Source: Polyangiales bacterium
Lineage (GTDB): Bacteria > Myxococcota_A > Polyangia > Polyangiales > Houyiibacteriaceae
NCBI GenBank assembly: GCA_045106895.1
Contig: JBGCFM010000092.1
Span: 32,125-96,124, forward strand
DNA: 64,000 bases
Reading direction: 5' to 3'
A program made the translations under genes and the position numbers. How positions within the stretch are numbered: the stretch's first letter is position 1; every line of letters begins with the position of its first letter. The notes beneath the pieces were generated by a model. The model was not told the origin of the DNA and did not search any database. It saw only the letters and a list, made by a program, of their open reading frames with translations. Shown here in pieces: positions 1-10,046 of the stretch.

Positions 1-1431
1 CATCGGCTCAAGCCGCATCAAGTCACGAACGGAAGGAAGCGGAAAACGCCCATCGAGTTCGATATCCACCAAAGGCAACGCAACACCGGCCTCGGGTCGA
101 GGTGCGACGGCCGAAAACGCCTCCCGAAAAGCCGGAATCTTGTCCGTCTCCATGGTGAGGCCCGCAGCCGCCTGGTGGCCGCCAAAACGAAGGAAGTGCT
201 CCTTGCACTTCGACAGGGCGGTGTAGAGGTCAAAGCCGTCGGGCGTGCGTCCGCTTCCATGGCCGTTCTCGTCCAATGCGATGACCACGGCGGGGACATC
301 GAAATGGTCCACGATTCGCGCCGCGGTGATTCCGACGACACCGCGGTGCCACCCCTTCGCCGCCACCACGACGCCGTGCGTGGGCTGAGACCCGTAGAGT
401 TCCTCGACCTGCGCGAAAGCTTCGTCCGTGGTCTTCTTCGTAGCCGCCTTTCGCTCGTTGTTGAGCGACTCGATCTCCTCAGCGCAGGCGTGGGCCTCTT
501 GGAGGGTTCGGGCACGAAGCAGCTTGAGGGTGACGGTGGGGTCGCCGAGGCGCCCCGCTGCATTCAAGCGTGGAGCCAGCCTGAAAGCGATCTCCGTCGC
601 CCCCATCGCGTTTCCTGCTCGAAGCCCCGCCTTCGCCCGAAGTGCTTGAACCCCCGGACGTGCCTTGTCGCTCGCGAGAAGCCTGAGGCCTGCGCGCACC
701 AACGCGCGATTGTCGCCATCGAGCGGCGCAACATCGGCGACGGTGCCAAGGGCAACGAGGTCGAGCCATCGCCGAACATCCAGCTTTGCGCCGAGCACCT
801 GGCGAACCGCCGCGCCGAGGGAGAGAGCGAGGCCAGCGGAGCAAAGGCCCTTGTAAGGGAAGCCGCATTCGGGCCGGTGGGGGTTGAGAAAGGAGTGCGC
901 GGGGAGCGTCTCTTTCGGGACCAAATGGTGGTCCACGACGATGACGGGAACGCCCGAGTCCGCCGATCGCTGGATTCTTGGGTGGTCTGAGCTTCCGCAA
1001 TCGCAGGTGATGATGAGGTCGGGTTTCACCGCGAGGCATCGATCCAGAGCCGGACCACTGAAGCCATATCCGCCCTGAAAACGATTCGCGACGAAGGCAT
1101 GAACCTCCGCGCCTAGCTCTTCCAGAATGTCGGCGAGGATCGCCGCGCTGGTGGTCCCATCGACGTCGTAGTCGCCGAAGATCGAGATGCGCTGACCCTT
1201 GCGACAGGCCTCTGCAAGTCGCTCCGCAGCCTTCATGCGGTCCGCCATCGCGTCCGGCGCGGTTAGACGAGCTAGCTTCGGATCCAGCCACTCGAGTGCA
1301 CCTGCCTCGCGCTCCTCCCAGCCACGCTGGAGAAGAATCTGCGCCGTCGCAGGGCCCAGGTCCCAAGCGCGACCGAACTCTGCGGCGCGCATCGGATCCA
1401 TCGTTTTCACTCGGTATCCGGGATTCGCCAT
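1..1431 (-). CDS. recJ: Single-stranded-DNA-specific exonuclease RecJ (3' end runs off the window)
   Basis: Manual translation from ATG 1431 (MANPGYRVKTMDP...) gives DHH-family motifs GDYDVDG, TCDCG, VVDHH and NPH..CGFPYKGLCSAG. It is absent from the ORF track, consistent with no stop codon before the window edge. Confidence 0.93.
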   Translation of the reverse strand, partial: MANPGYRVKTMDPMRAAEFGRAWDLGPATAQILLQRGWEEREAGALEWLDPKLARLTAPDAMADRMKAAERLAEACRKGQRISIFGDYDVDGTTSAAILADILEELGAEVHAFVANRFQGGYGFSGPALDRCLAVKPDLIITCDCGSSDHPRIQRSADSGVPVIVVDHHLVPKETLPAHSFLNPHRPECGFPYKGLCSAGLALSLGAAVRQVLGAKLDVRRWLDLVALGTVADVAPLDGDNRALVRAGLRLLASDKARPGVQALRAKAGLRAGNAMGATEIAFRLAPRLNAAGRLGDPTVTLKLLRARTLQEAHACAEEIESLNNERKAATKKTTDEAFAQVEELYGSQPTHGVVVAAKGWHRGVVGITAARIVDHFDVPAVVIALDENGHGSGRTPDGFDLYTALSKCKEHFLRFGGHQAAAGLTMETDKIPAFREAFSAVAPRPEAGVALPLVDIELDGRFPLPSVRDLMRLEPM

Positions 1432-1469
1432 CTCACAAACCTAGGCCCGCGCTGTGACTCCGTCGAAGC

Positions 1470-1501
1470 AAAAAGGCTCAAACGCAGAGCGTTTGAGCCT
1501 T
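1470..1501 (-). terminator. Intrinsic terminator after secF
   Basis: Perfect 13-bp inverted repeat AAGGCTCAAACGC-aga-GCGTTTGAGCCTT with a T-run on the minus strand. Confidence 0.8.
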
Positions 1502-1533
1502 CGAGCATCAAAACAGAGGTGTTTCTGTTCGGT

Positions 1534-2667
1534 CTACGCAGCCTTCTGGAAGAATCGGCGATCCATCCACTCCGTCACGGGAGCCGCGATGTAGATGGAC
1601 GAGTACGTGCCGATGAGAATGCCGCAGAAGAGCGCGAAGGCGATGTCCTGAATCACCGAGGTGCCCCAGATGAAGAATGCCGTCACGGAAAGCAGCGTCG
1701 TCGCAGAGGTCACGATGGTTCGGGAGAGCATCTGTGACGTCGACCGGTTGATGATCTCGCGCATGGAGAGGTCCCGGTACCGACCCATGTTCTCTCGAAT
1801 ACGGTCGTAAACAACAATCGTGTCATTGATGGAGTAACCTAAGATGGTCAGCAAAGCTGCCACCGTCGTAAGGTTCACCTCCTTCTGCACAACGACGTAG
1901 ATGCCCAGGGTGATAACCGCATCGTGGAACATGGCGATGACGCCACCCGGAGCGAAGCGAAGGTCGAAGCGGAACGCGACGTAGACCATGATGAACGCGA
2001 TGGCGTAGAGGAGCGACTTGACGGCTGCGTCACGAAGCTGCTCGCCGGCCTTGGGTCCAACCCACTCTGCACGCTCTGGGGAACCAGGGCCGCGCTCGCC
2101 AAGCTCCGACTGGAGCTGGGAGACGAGCTCGTCGGCCACACCGATGAGCTGAATCTCAAGGCGGACATCGTCACTGCCAGGAAGTGCGTTGATTTCGCCA
2201 CGAACCTCAGCACCTGCCGTTTCGATCACTTCACGAAGGGAAGCGAGGTCAGGCTGGGTTCCAAGGCGAAGCGTGATCTTGTCGCCACCAGGAGAAAGCT
2301 TGAACTCTCGGAGATTGTCCTCACCCACGTTTGCGGTGACGGCAGCTTCAAGAGACTCGGCCTGCTCTTCGGGGAGCGCGCTGACCTCGCGAACGCGGAT
2401 CATGTACGTGTTGTCCGCGCCTTCGACGCGAACAACGTCGGAGCCTTCGTAGCCGAGAGAGTCGAGGGTCCCGCGAATCTCGCCGGAGTCGATGTCGCCG
2501 CCGAAGGCGAGCTGAAGCTCCGTACCGCCGGCGAAGTCGATGCCGTAGTTCGGCCCGGGGGCGAAGAGGCTGACGAGGGAAAGAACGACAAGAAGGAGGG
2601 AAGCGCTGACAACAGGCTTCCTCAACTTCATGAAGTCGATGGTCTTATTGGGATTGACGAGTTCCAT
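1534..2667 (-). CDS. secF: Protein translocase subunit SecF
   Basis: GIDFAGG motif, GYSINDTIVVYDRIREN, multiple TM helices; follows secD. Confidence 0.97.
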   Translation of the reverse strand: MELVNPNKTIDFMKLRKPVVSASLLLVVLSLVSLFAPGPNYGIDFAGGTELQLAFGGDIDSGEIRGTLDSLGYEGSDVVRVEGADNTYMIRVREVSALPEEQAESLEAAVTANVGEDNLREFKLSPGGDKITLRLGTQPDLASLREVIETAGAEVRGEINALPGSDDVRLEIQLIGVADELVSQLQSELGERGPGSPERAEWVGPKAGEQLRDAAVKSLLYAIAFIMVYVAFRFDLRFAPGGVIAMFHDAVITLGIYVVVQKEVNLTTVAALLTILGYSINDTIVVYDRIRENMGRYRDLSMREIINRSTSQMLSRTIVTSATTLLSVTAFFIWGTSVIQDIAFALFCGILIGTYSSIYIAAPVTEWMDRRFFQKAA

Positions 2668-2670
2668 GAT

Positions 2671-4545
2671 TCACCCAACTCGCAATCGTTCGACCTTGAG
2701 ACCGCGGACGACCCAATCGAACATGACTTTGGAGCAGAAGATTCCTGTGAAGAGCGATGTGACGATGCCGATCATCAGCATGACAGCGAAGCCCTTGATG
2801 GGGCCGGTACCGTACTGGAAGAGAACGACACCTGCGATGAACGTGGTGAGCTGACTATCGAAGACAGACCAGAACGCCCGTTTGAATCCTTGGTCGACGG
2901 CAGAACGCGTTGACTTGCCTTGCCTGAGCTCTTCTCGAATGCGCTCGGTGATGAGCACGTTCGCATCCACCGCCATGCCCACCGTGAGTGCGATAGCCGC
3001 TACCCCCGGGAGCGTCAGCGTCGCTTCAAGAGCGGCCATGATGGAAAGGAGGAAAAGAAGATTGAGCGTCACCATGACGTCAGCGATGAGACCAGCGACC
3101 TGGTAGTAGAACGCCATGAAGACCAGAACGAGGAAGACGCCAATGACGGCTCCCTTAGCGCCCTGCTGAACGCTGTCGCGTCCAAGCGTCGGTCCAATGA
3201 GCTGCTCGTTCGCGGGGCGAAGAGGCGCGGGAAGAGCGCCAGCGCGAAGCACGACGACAAGCTCGTTGGCGTCTGCGAGGAGCGCGTTGTAGTCGCTCAT
3301 GTTGCCAAGGGTGATCTGACAACGACCGCCGCCGATACGCGTCTGAATGACCGGAGCCGATTCTGCGACGTCATCGAGGACGATGGCCATTCGGCGCTTC
3401 ACGTTGCGACCGGTCATGTCCTCGAACTTCGAGGCGCCAGCGCTGTTGAACTGAATCGACACAACGGGGCGGTTGCCTTCGTTCGGGTCGAAGCTGACCA
3501 GAGCATCTTCAACGTCTTCACCGGTCACATCCGTGGTGCGGTAGACGTAGTAGGTGCGCCACGCTTCTTCGTCGTTTTCGCGCTCGGTCTCGTCATCCGC
3601 GGCGTCGAGTCGGCTCATGATGACCTGGTGGTCTTCAGGAACCTCAAGGCTCTCGATGAACGCCTTCAAGCGCTGTCGAACGCCGACACAGTCGTCGTCG
3701 TTTGCAGCGCAGGGCTCACCGCGCGCGATAAGGAAAGGAACAGCGACGTTGGGCCGAGCCTCACCAGCGGACGCACGCTCAATGGAGCGTTCGATGTTGG
3801 CGGCGTCGAGCTGCTCTTGCGGGATATCGCCGAGGAAGCTGGCTTCATCGTCGAGCACCTTGAACTCAAGACGAGCGGTGCGCGCGATAATGTCGCGGAT
3901 GCGGTTGAAGTCCTCTTCCGTCGCGCCGGGAACCTCAACGATGATGTCGGACTCGCGTCCCATGACCGTCGCTTCCTTGATGCCGAGAGCGTCGACACGG
4001 TCGCTGATGGTGCGAACCGCCTGTTCAACAGCGCGCTGACGAAGCTCCTCGAGGCGATCCTCGCGCATCGTCAGGTTGATGCTGAGTCCGTCGTCGCCGG
4101 AGCGCCGAAGGTCAGGGAACTTCTCGCGAAGCCACTGGTTGTCGAAGACGTCCTTGTCGGAGGCCTCGACAAACACGAGGCGCACGCCACGTCGGCCGAC
4201 GCGCTGAACGGTGACGCGAGCGCCCACGTCACGAAGCTGCTCTCGCGTGATGGAGTCGATCTCGTCGTTGTCGTAGACACCCAGAAGCGCGCCGAGCTCT
4301 CGAACCATCTGCTCGGAGTAGCGGTCGCGACGGTCACGGATGTACTCGTCGACCTCAACCTCGTACATGAGGCGAAGACCGCCCTGAATGTCGAGGCCGG
4401 GACTGATTCGTCCTGGGAAGACCGATTGGACCCATTCAGGAGCAGGGGCTGCGCCCACCGACTCCATGCTGGGCCAGAGCGCGAGGGAGGCCGCGACAAT
4501 CGCGAGCACCACGGCGCTAAGGCGTAAGTAGAAAGAGCGATCCAT
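2671..4545 (-). CDS. secD: Protein translocase subunit SecD
   Basis: GLDIQGG, LRAGALPAP, IGPTLG, GMAVDANVLITERIREE, GPIKGFA. Confidence 0.97.
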   Translation of the reverse strand: MDRSFYLRLSAVVLAIVAASLALWPSMESVGAAPAPEWVQSVFPGRISPGLDIQGGLRLMYEVEVDEYIRDRRDRYSEQMVRELGALLGVYDNDEIDSITREQLRDVGARVTVQRVGRRGVRLVFVEASDKDVFDNQWLREKFPDLRRSGDDGLSINLTMREDRLEELRQRAVEQAVRTISDRVDALGIKEATVMGRESDIIVEVPGATEEDFNRIRDIIARTARLEFKVLDDEASFLGDIPQEQLDAANIERSIERASAGEARPNVAVPFLIARGEPCAANDDDCVGVRQRLKAFIESLEVPEDHQVIMSRLDAADDETERENDEEAWRTYYVYRTTDVTGEDVEDALVSFDPNEGNRPVVSIQFNSAGASKFEDMTGRNVKRRMAIVLDDVAESAPVIQTRIGGGRCQITLGNMSDYNALLADANELVVVLRAGALPAPLRPANEQLIGPTLGRDSVQQGAKGAVIGVFLVLVFMAFYYQVAGLIADVMVTLNLLFLLSIMAALEATLTLPGVAAIALTVGMAVDANVLITERIREELRQGKSTRSAVDQGFKRAFWSVFDSQLTTFIAGVVLFQYGTGPIKGFAVMLMIGIVTSLFTGIFCSKVMFDWVVRGLKVERLRVG

Positions 4546-4550
4546 CGAAA

Positions 4551-4976
4551 CTAGTCCTTCTTGCCTGCGTCTGTGCGTGGCATCGCGTCACTCGGAGCAT
4601 CGGGCCCCGAAATATGTGAGCGAAGCACGTTGAGCTTAATCTTCTCGGCCACTTTGAGAGTTACTTCCCGTTCATCGAGGGAGAGAATCTCTCCGCGAAT
4701 GCCGCCAGTGGTGCGCACGATGTCCCCTTTTTTCAACCCCTTGAGAATCTCTTCTTGGGCTTTGGCCTGTTTTCTCTGTGGAGAGATGATGAGGAACCAA
4801 AAGATGGCGAACATCGCCGCCAAATACCCATAAGTCATCATGCCGCCGCCGCCGCCAGCGCAGCCCAGTGGGCCATCTGGTGCTGCGGCACCCGCAGCTG
4901 CGGGCGCGTCCGATGCAGGTGGTGGCTGAAGCCACAGAAGCAGCTCCAGAAGACTCGTCAGGAGGTTGGCGTACAC
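4551..4976 (-). CDS. yajC: Preprotein translocase subunit YajC (start uncertain; GTG 4976 chosen)
   Basis: TM FWFLIISPQRKQ followed by LKKGDIVRTTGGIRG; upstream of secD. Confidence 0.9.
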   Translation of the reverse strand: MYANLLTSLLELLLWLQPPPASDAPAAAGAAAPDGPLGCAGGGGGMMTYGYLAAMFAIFWFLIISPQRKQAKAQEEILKGLKKGDIVRTTGGIRGEILSLDEREVTLKVAEKIKLNVLRSHISGPDAPSDAMPRTDAGKKD

Positions 4977-5084
4977 GAAAGCACCGGCAATCAAGTAAAA
5001 ACGGGCAAAAAGTAGGGTAGATACCCAGAGGCGGGGATACCTACTCCATGCCCCTAGGCGCGTCAACCGTGGCATTCTCCGTGG

Positions 5085-7886
5085 GTGAGCGCCTCAAATC
5101 CGCCCAAAGCCGTTTCGTCCGCCAGCGCGCGCCATGAAAGCGTTGCGATTATGGTCGATCTGGCGAGCCACGCGCCGGCCCTGGCGCATCTGGTGAACGC
5201 CGACGGCACGCTGCTGGACCAGGTCCTGACGGAGGACCTTCACTTGGCGGCGACGCCGGATCGCATCCTTCGCCAAATTAGGGAGGAGGTTCGCAAACAT
5301 GGATTGCTTCCCGGCCTGAGACGAAGCCGGCATCATCAGATGATTCGGATCGCTTTGCGTGAAGTGCGACGGATAGCGGATATCGATGACACAAGCCGCG
5401 AGCTGGCCGATCTCGCCGGCGCCTGTATCGAAGTCGCACAGGAGAGCGCCCGACAGGAGGTCGCGTCCCGCTTTGGGGAGGCCATCAACGAGGAAGGCGA
5501 CGCTATTCCGCTGGTTGTCATGGGGATGGGGAAGCTGGGCGGCGGGGAGCTCAACCTGGGGAGCGACGTCGATATCTGCTTTTTCCATGAGACAGACGTG
5601 GGCAGCACAGAGAGCGGAGACACGAGCGTCGCGGATTTCTTTTCCAGAGTCGCGAGAAAGACCGCCGCTGCCATCGGCGATCTCACCGAACACGGCTTTG
5701 TTTTTCGCGTCGATCTGCGTCTGCGCCCCGAAGGGAGTCAGGGCGCCCTCGTGAACTCGTTGCCCTCGGCGCTTCGGTACTACGAGTCTTTCGGCCGGCC
5801 CTGGGAGCGCGCCGTATGGCTACGCGCACGCCCGGTGGCTGGGGACATGGAGCTTGGACAGCAACTCCTGGACGCCCTGCGCCCGTTCATCTTCCCGCGG
5901 CGGGTGGACCCCAGCATCGCCGACGCGATGCACGAGATGGTAGAGCGCTCACGTCGCGAGCTCAGCAAACACCCGGAACGCGATGTCAAACTTGGCCGCG
6001 GCGGCATTCGTGAAGCGGAGTTCTTTGTCCAGGCGCTTCAGCTTATTTGGGGCGGGCTGCACCCCTCTCTCCGCGTCAGCGGAACCATCGAAGCCGCGCG
6101 GCGCCTTGAGTCCCTTGGCTTCATCGGGCCTGGAGAGCGGCATGAACTTGAGAGCGCTTGGGCACTACTGAGGCGCGTCGAGCACCGCATTCACATGGTC
6201 AAGGGCTACCAAACCCACGACATCCCCGATGACTCAAAGAGCGGCGAACGCTTCGCCGCTTCTTTGGGCCTGCCCTCTCGAGCCGCGCTCTTGAGCAAGC
6301 TCGATGAACACCGCACAAAGGTCGCCCGTCTCTTTGACTCGATTCGCACCGAAGTTTCCTCGCCGGCCTCCTCCCCCTACGTGCGCCTTCTCGACGCGGT
6401 GGCAGATGGGCTGCCCCTCGAACAAGTCGCCGAGCGTGCGCGCGCGCTGCCAACGAGCGATGAGCACGAGAGCGCGACACACCTAATTCGGTGGCGGCGA
6501 CTTCCCGAAGGGCCCCTGGGTCTCATAGGACGCCGTCGAGCACCTCGACTCGCGCAGCGTCTCTTGCATGAAGTGAGTGAGGCCCCCGACCCTGACCTGG
6601 CGCTACGGCAGCTAACAGAGTTTCTGCTGCGCGGGGGATGCGCCTACAGCGCGCTGCTTGAGAGCGAACCTCGACTTCTCCGGCGACTCGTTGGGCTGCT
6701 AGGCAGCAGTCCAAGCTTTGGGGTGGCGCTCACCGGTTTCCCCGCCAGTCTCGGTCTGCTCCTCTCGGGACGTTGCCCCAGCGACGATTCTCTGCGGGCG
6801 GATCATGCGAACACCCCCGTCGACTCTGAGGCGTGCGTTCGTTTTCTGCGACAGCAGCGACGAACGGCCTCACTCCAGCTCGCCTTGGCCTCCGCGGGAG
6901 GCGAACTCAGTGCGACGGAAACCGCGTTGCTCCTGACCCGCCTCGCCGAGGAACAAATCGCCGCGAGCCTTCGCGCGGCTTTGAACACGTCGCCACTGCT
7001 GGAGAGCGCGGACTTTGCCGTCATCGGGCTAGGAACCTTGGGCGCCCGCGAGCTTGGCTTCGGCAGCGACTTGGACCTTCTCTTCATTCACGGCAGCGAA
7101 GACCCCTCTCTGGCGGCTCCCCTGGCAAAGCTCGCCCAGCGAATATTGCGTCTGCTGAGCTGTGTGGATGCAGAGGGACCAGGCTACGAGGTCGACACCC
7201 GCCTTCGGCCGAGCGGCTCCCAAGGGATGCTCGTTGTTTCATTGCGCGCCTTCGAGCGATACCACGCCGAGCGAGCCCAAGGTTGGGAACGGCAGGCGCT
7301 ACTCCGGGCCCGCTGTGTCGCGTCGACGAGTGCCTCGTTCCGGCGCACCGTCGATGAGACCATCGAAAAGCTCGCGTATGCCAAAGGTGCCCCAGAAGGA
7401 GTCGAGGTCGCTCGTCTGCGCGGCCGACTGGAACGCGAACTTGCTGGGGAAAGCGCTCATCGATACCATTCGAAGCTTGGACACGGAACGCTGATCGATG
7501 TTGAGTTTCTCACTCAGTGGCTTCAAATGAGCCACGCGGCGGATACACGGGTCCGGGTCCCCTCGACACAGGCGGCCCTTGAAGCGCTCGCCGCGGCGAA
7601 GGCCCTGAGCAAACGTGAGTTTGCCCTCCTTGAGAGCGCTCGCTCCTTTTTTTCGGCGGCGACACGCGGGATGCGCTGGCTGGACCCAAGCGGTGACGGT
7701 CGCGTCGTCCTCGGTGGCCCGCGTGCGAGCACATTGGCGAGGCATTTGGGCATCCGAGAGCGCGATGAGTTGCGTGCCGATGACGCGCTCTTCGAGCAGT
7801 GGCGCCAACTTGCCACCGAGGTCCGAGCTCTCTTTGAGGAGAAGATCTCGCCCGTCGGTGTTCACGCGCCTTGGACCGGTCCATGA
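5085..7886 (+). CDS. glnE: Bifunctional glutamine synthetase adenylyltransferase/adenylyl-removing enzyme
   Basis: Two nucleotidyltransferase halves: GMGKLGGGELNLGSDVD / RVDLRLRPEG and GLGTLGARELGFGSDLD / VDTRLRPSG. Confidence 0.95.
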   Translation: MSASNPPKAVSSASARHESVAIMVDLASHAPALAHLVNADGTLLDQVLTEDLHLAATPDRILRQIREEVRKHGLLPGLRRSRHHQMIRIALREVRRIADIDDTSRELADLAGACIEVAQESARQEVASRFGEAINEEGDAIPLVVMGMGKLGGGELNLGSDVDICFFHETDVGSTESGDTSVADFFSRVARKTAAAIGDLTEHGFVFRVDLRLRPEGSQGALVNSLPSALRYYESFGRPWERAVWLRARPVAGDMELGQQLLDALRPFIFPRRVDPSIADAMHEMVERSRRELSKHPERDVKLGRGGIREAEFFVQALQLIWGGLHPSLRVSGTIEAARRLESLGFIGPGERHELESAWALLRRVEHRIHMVKGYQTHDIPDDSKSGERFAASLGLPSRAALLSKLDEHRTKVARLFDSIRTEVSSPASSPYVRLLDAVADGLPLEQVAERARALPTSDEHESATHLIRWRRLPEGPLGLIGRRRAPRLAQRLLHEVSEAPDPDLALRQLTEFLLRGGCAYSALLESEPRLLRRLVGLLGSSPSFGVALTGFPASLGLLLSGRCPSDDSLRADHANTPVDSEACVRFLRQQRRTASLQLALASAGGELSATETALLLTRLAEEQIAASLRAALNTSPLLESADFAVIGLGTLGARELGFGSDLDLLFIHGSEDPSLAAPLAKLAQRILRLLSCVDAEGPGYEVDTRLRPSGSQGMLVVSLRAFERYHAERAQGWERQALLRARCVASTSASFRRTVDETIEKLAYAKGAPEGVEVARLRGRLERELAGESAHRYHSKLGHGTLIDVEFLTQWLQMSHAADTRVRVPSTQAALEALAAAKALSKREFALLESARSFFSAATRGMRWLDPSGDGRVVLGGPRASTLARHLGIRERDELRADDALFEQWRQLATEVRALFEEKISPVGVHAPWTGP

Positions 7887-9964
7887 AGAAGCTGCTCCTC
7901 ACCATGTTCGAAGGAGAGCCACGGGACGCGCTTGCTCATGAATTCTCGGAGCATGGCTTTGACGTCGTGTGCGTTGGTAGTGGCGAGCAAGCCATCGACC
8001 GCTTCGTCACCGAGTCTTTCGACGCCATCGCCATTCAGATGGAACTCCCTGGCCGAGATGGCACCGCCACCGTGGAGTCGATTCGCTGGGCTCCCGGAGG
8101 CACGGCAATCCCAATGATCCTGCTCGGGTCGGATCTGCGACTCCTCACGCCCATCGGCGCCAGGCTCGATATCTCGACATTTCTGCAGAACGAAGTCGCA
8201 GCCGCGGCCGGCTCACTCTGGAAGTCCATGCGAAGGCGTGGGAACGCGGAACAGACGGCGGAGATCGACGTTCCTGTTGTCCCGGTGCGCGTCGCCCTCC
8301 CCATCCCCCTCGACGGACACGCCGAGTCCATGGGTTCCCTCGACCTCAAGGTCGCCGAAATCATGGAAGCCGGCGAACGCGAGACCGCGCAGATTCGAAA
8401 GCCCGTTGTCCCGGCACTCGAAGAGGCCAGAGCCGTCGATGAACATGCCGCCGGCGTGCAGCAAGACGCCCGTCTCAGCGGCCTCGTCGAGGACACCTCC
8501 TTTCCCCTCGTCCTGGCCCGCCTCGCGGAGCAACAAGCCACCGGCGCGCTGCTCTTGGAGAATGCCGACGACCCTCGCCACACGCTCGAAGGAGGCGCGG
8601 CGAAGAAGGTTGTGTTCTTTCGTGAGGGACGACCCGTCTACGTGCGCTCGAATCTGGAAGAGGAGTGCCTCGGACACGTTCTTCGACGGATGAGTCTGAT
8701 CACCGAGGCGGAGCTTCAGCAAAGCGTGAGCGCGGTCCTCGACGGCCAAGGCAAACAAGGTGGAGTCCTCATCACGATGGGCGCCATCACGCCTGGAGAG
8801 CTTCGTGATGGCCTTGAGAATGAACTCATCGCCAAACTCTTGGACCTCTTCAGCTGGGAGCAGGGCAGGTTCCAGTTCTCCGAGACTCTGGAAGCGCCGC
8901 CGACAACCGTCGCACTTGAAGCCTCTGTGCCAACGCTTTTGCTCCAGGGGATCCGGCAGCAGCTGCCCATCGCGCACGTGCACCGCCGTCTTGACGCGTG
9001 CGCGGAGCGATTCGTCACTCCGACGACGCGGGACAGCGCGGACCTGCGAAGCGCCCTCGACGATGGAGGAAACGCGCTCCTTGCGGCCATCGACGGAACG
9101 ATGACCGTCCGCACCCTCGTCGACTCCGGACAGCCGAGTCGGCCGGAGGCAGCTCGCATCCTCTTCGCCGCGGAAGCTTTGGGGATCATCGCTTTTCGGG
9201 ACGAAGCCCTTGAGCTCGTTCCGGTGACGGGGCTCGTTCTCTCCGATTCCCAAGCTGCCCTGCGAAGCCGCGTAGTGCGCCTCGCTGAGTACTTGCGGGA
9301 TGGTCGCTACGTCGAGGCCCTGGAGGTGAGTCCCGGAGACAGTGTCGCAGCAGCCCAAGCGGTCAGTGACATCGAGGAAGAACTACGAAGCGCCCTCGAC
9401 CAAGGCCAACTGCCGCCGCAAGCGCAGAGCGCCGCCCTGGAGGTGCTCTCTCGCCTTCCACGTGCAGCCTTGGCCGTCGGGGCAGAAGATCATCTACCCG
9501 CCTGGGACGAATCGAAGCCACTTCCTGAGCCCAGCGCATCGATTCCCTCGCTGCCCACCAATGAGACGCTCGATGATCAGGTCGCGAACGTTCTGCGGGC
9601 AGAGCGCTACTTTCGTCGCGCGCGAAGCTGCATTCAGGAGCGGCGAGCGGACAGCGCCTTGCACCTACTCCAAAAGGCCGTCGCCATCGCGCCGGATGAG
9701 GGAGAGTTTCTGACTTTCCTCGGAATGGCCCGTTACGATGCAGCCCTCTCTCGCACCGACCGAATGAACGCCCTGAAGGAGCTCAAGCGAGCGACTGAGA
9801 TGGTGCCGAAGATGTACCAAAGCCATCTGCACTACGCGCGCGCGCTTCGAGATGAAGGCGAATTCGGCCCCGCTCGTGTCGCCTATGCGAGGGCTCTCGA
9901 AGCAGACCCATCTGGACGAGAAGCGCTCGATGAGCTTCGTGAGCTCGCGTATCCGGACGCCTGA
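7883..9964 (+). CDS. Pseudo-receiver + DUF4388 (PatA-N-like) + C-terminal TPR protein
   Basis: ATGA overlap with the glnE stop; receiver-like N-terminus (ELPGRDG), SGLVEDTSFPLVL..ATGAL..KVVFFREG..FSWEQGRFQF, C-terminal TPRs. Confidence 0.75.
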   Translation: MKKLLLTMFEGEPRDALAHEFSEHGFDVVCVGSGEQAIDRFVTESFDAIAIQMELPGRDGTATVESIRWAPGGTAIPMILLGSDLRLLTPIGARLDISTFLQNEVAAAAGSLWKSMRRRGNAEQTAEIDVPVVPVRVALPIPLDGHAESMGSLDLKVAEIMEAGERETAQIRKPVVPALEEARAVDEHAAGVQQDARLSGLVEDTSFPLVLARLAEQQATGALLLENADDPRHTLEGGAAKKVVFFREGRPVYVRSNLEEECLGHVLRRMSLITEAELQQSVSAVLDGQGKQGGVLITMGAITPGELRDGLENELIAKLLDLFSWEQGRFQFSETLEAPPTTVALEASVPTLLLQGIRQQLPIAHVHRRLDACAERFVTPTTRDSADLRSALDDGGNALLAAIDGTMTVRTLVDSGQPSRPEAARILFAAEALGIIAFRDEALELVPVTGLVLSDSQAALRSRVVRLAEYLRDGRYVEALEVSPGDSVAAAQAVSDIEEELRSALDQGQLPPQAQSAALEVLSRLPRAALAVGAEDHLPAWDESKPLPEPSASIPSLPTNETLDDQVANVLRAERYFRRARSCIQERRADSALHLLQKAVAIAPDEGEFLTFLGMARYDAALSRTDRMNALKELKRATEMVPKMYQSHLHYARALRDEGEFGPARVAYARALEADPSGREALDELRELAYPDA

Positions 9965-10010
9965 ATTTTAGACCTTTGGGTCTTTTCGAGGACCCCCGCC
10001 CAGACTGCGC

Positions 10011-10040
10011 TTGCCACGTCGACATCTGAGCGGCTATGCC
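10011..10040 (+). promoter_or_regulatory. Putative sigma70 promoter for leaderless ilvE
   Basis: TTGCCA-N18-TATGCC ending 6 nt before the ATG; no SD. Confidence 0.45.
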
Positions 10041-10046
10041 GGTTGC

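Noticed and set aside
1..1431. Apparent recJ pseudogene or frameshift (missing from the ORF track)
   Set aside because: The manually translated N-terminal region is intact; the gene appears simply truncated by the window edge.
175..4527. Long + strand ORFs (175-990, 1924-2913, 2920-4527) and similar long antisense ORFs throughout the window
   Set aside because: They are shadow frames opposite well-supported genes, expected from high-GC codon bias, and show no recognisable motifs.
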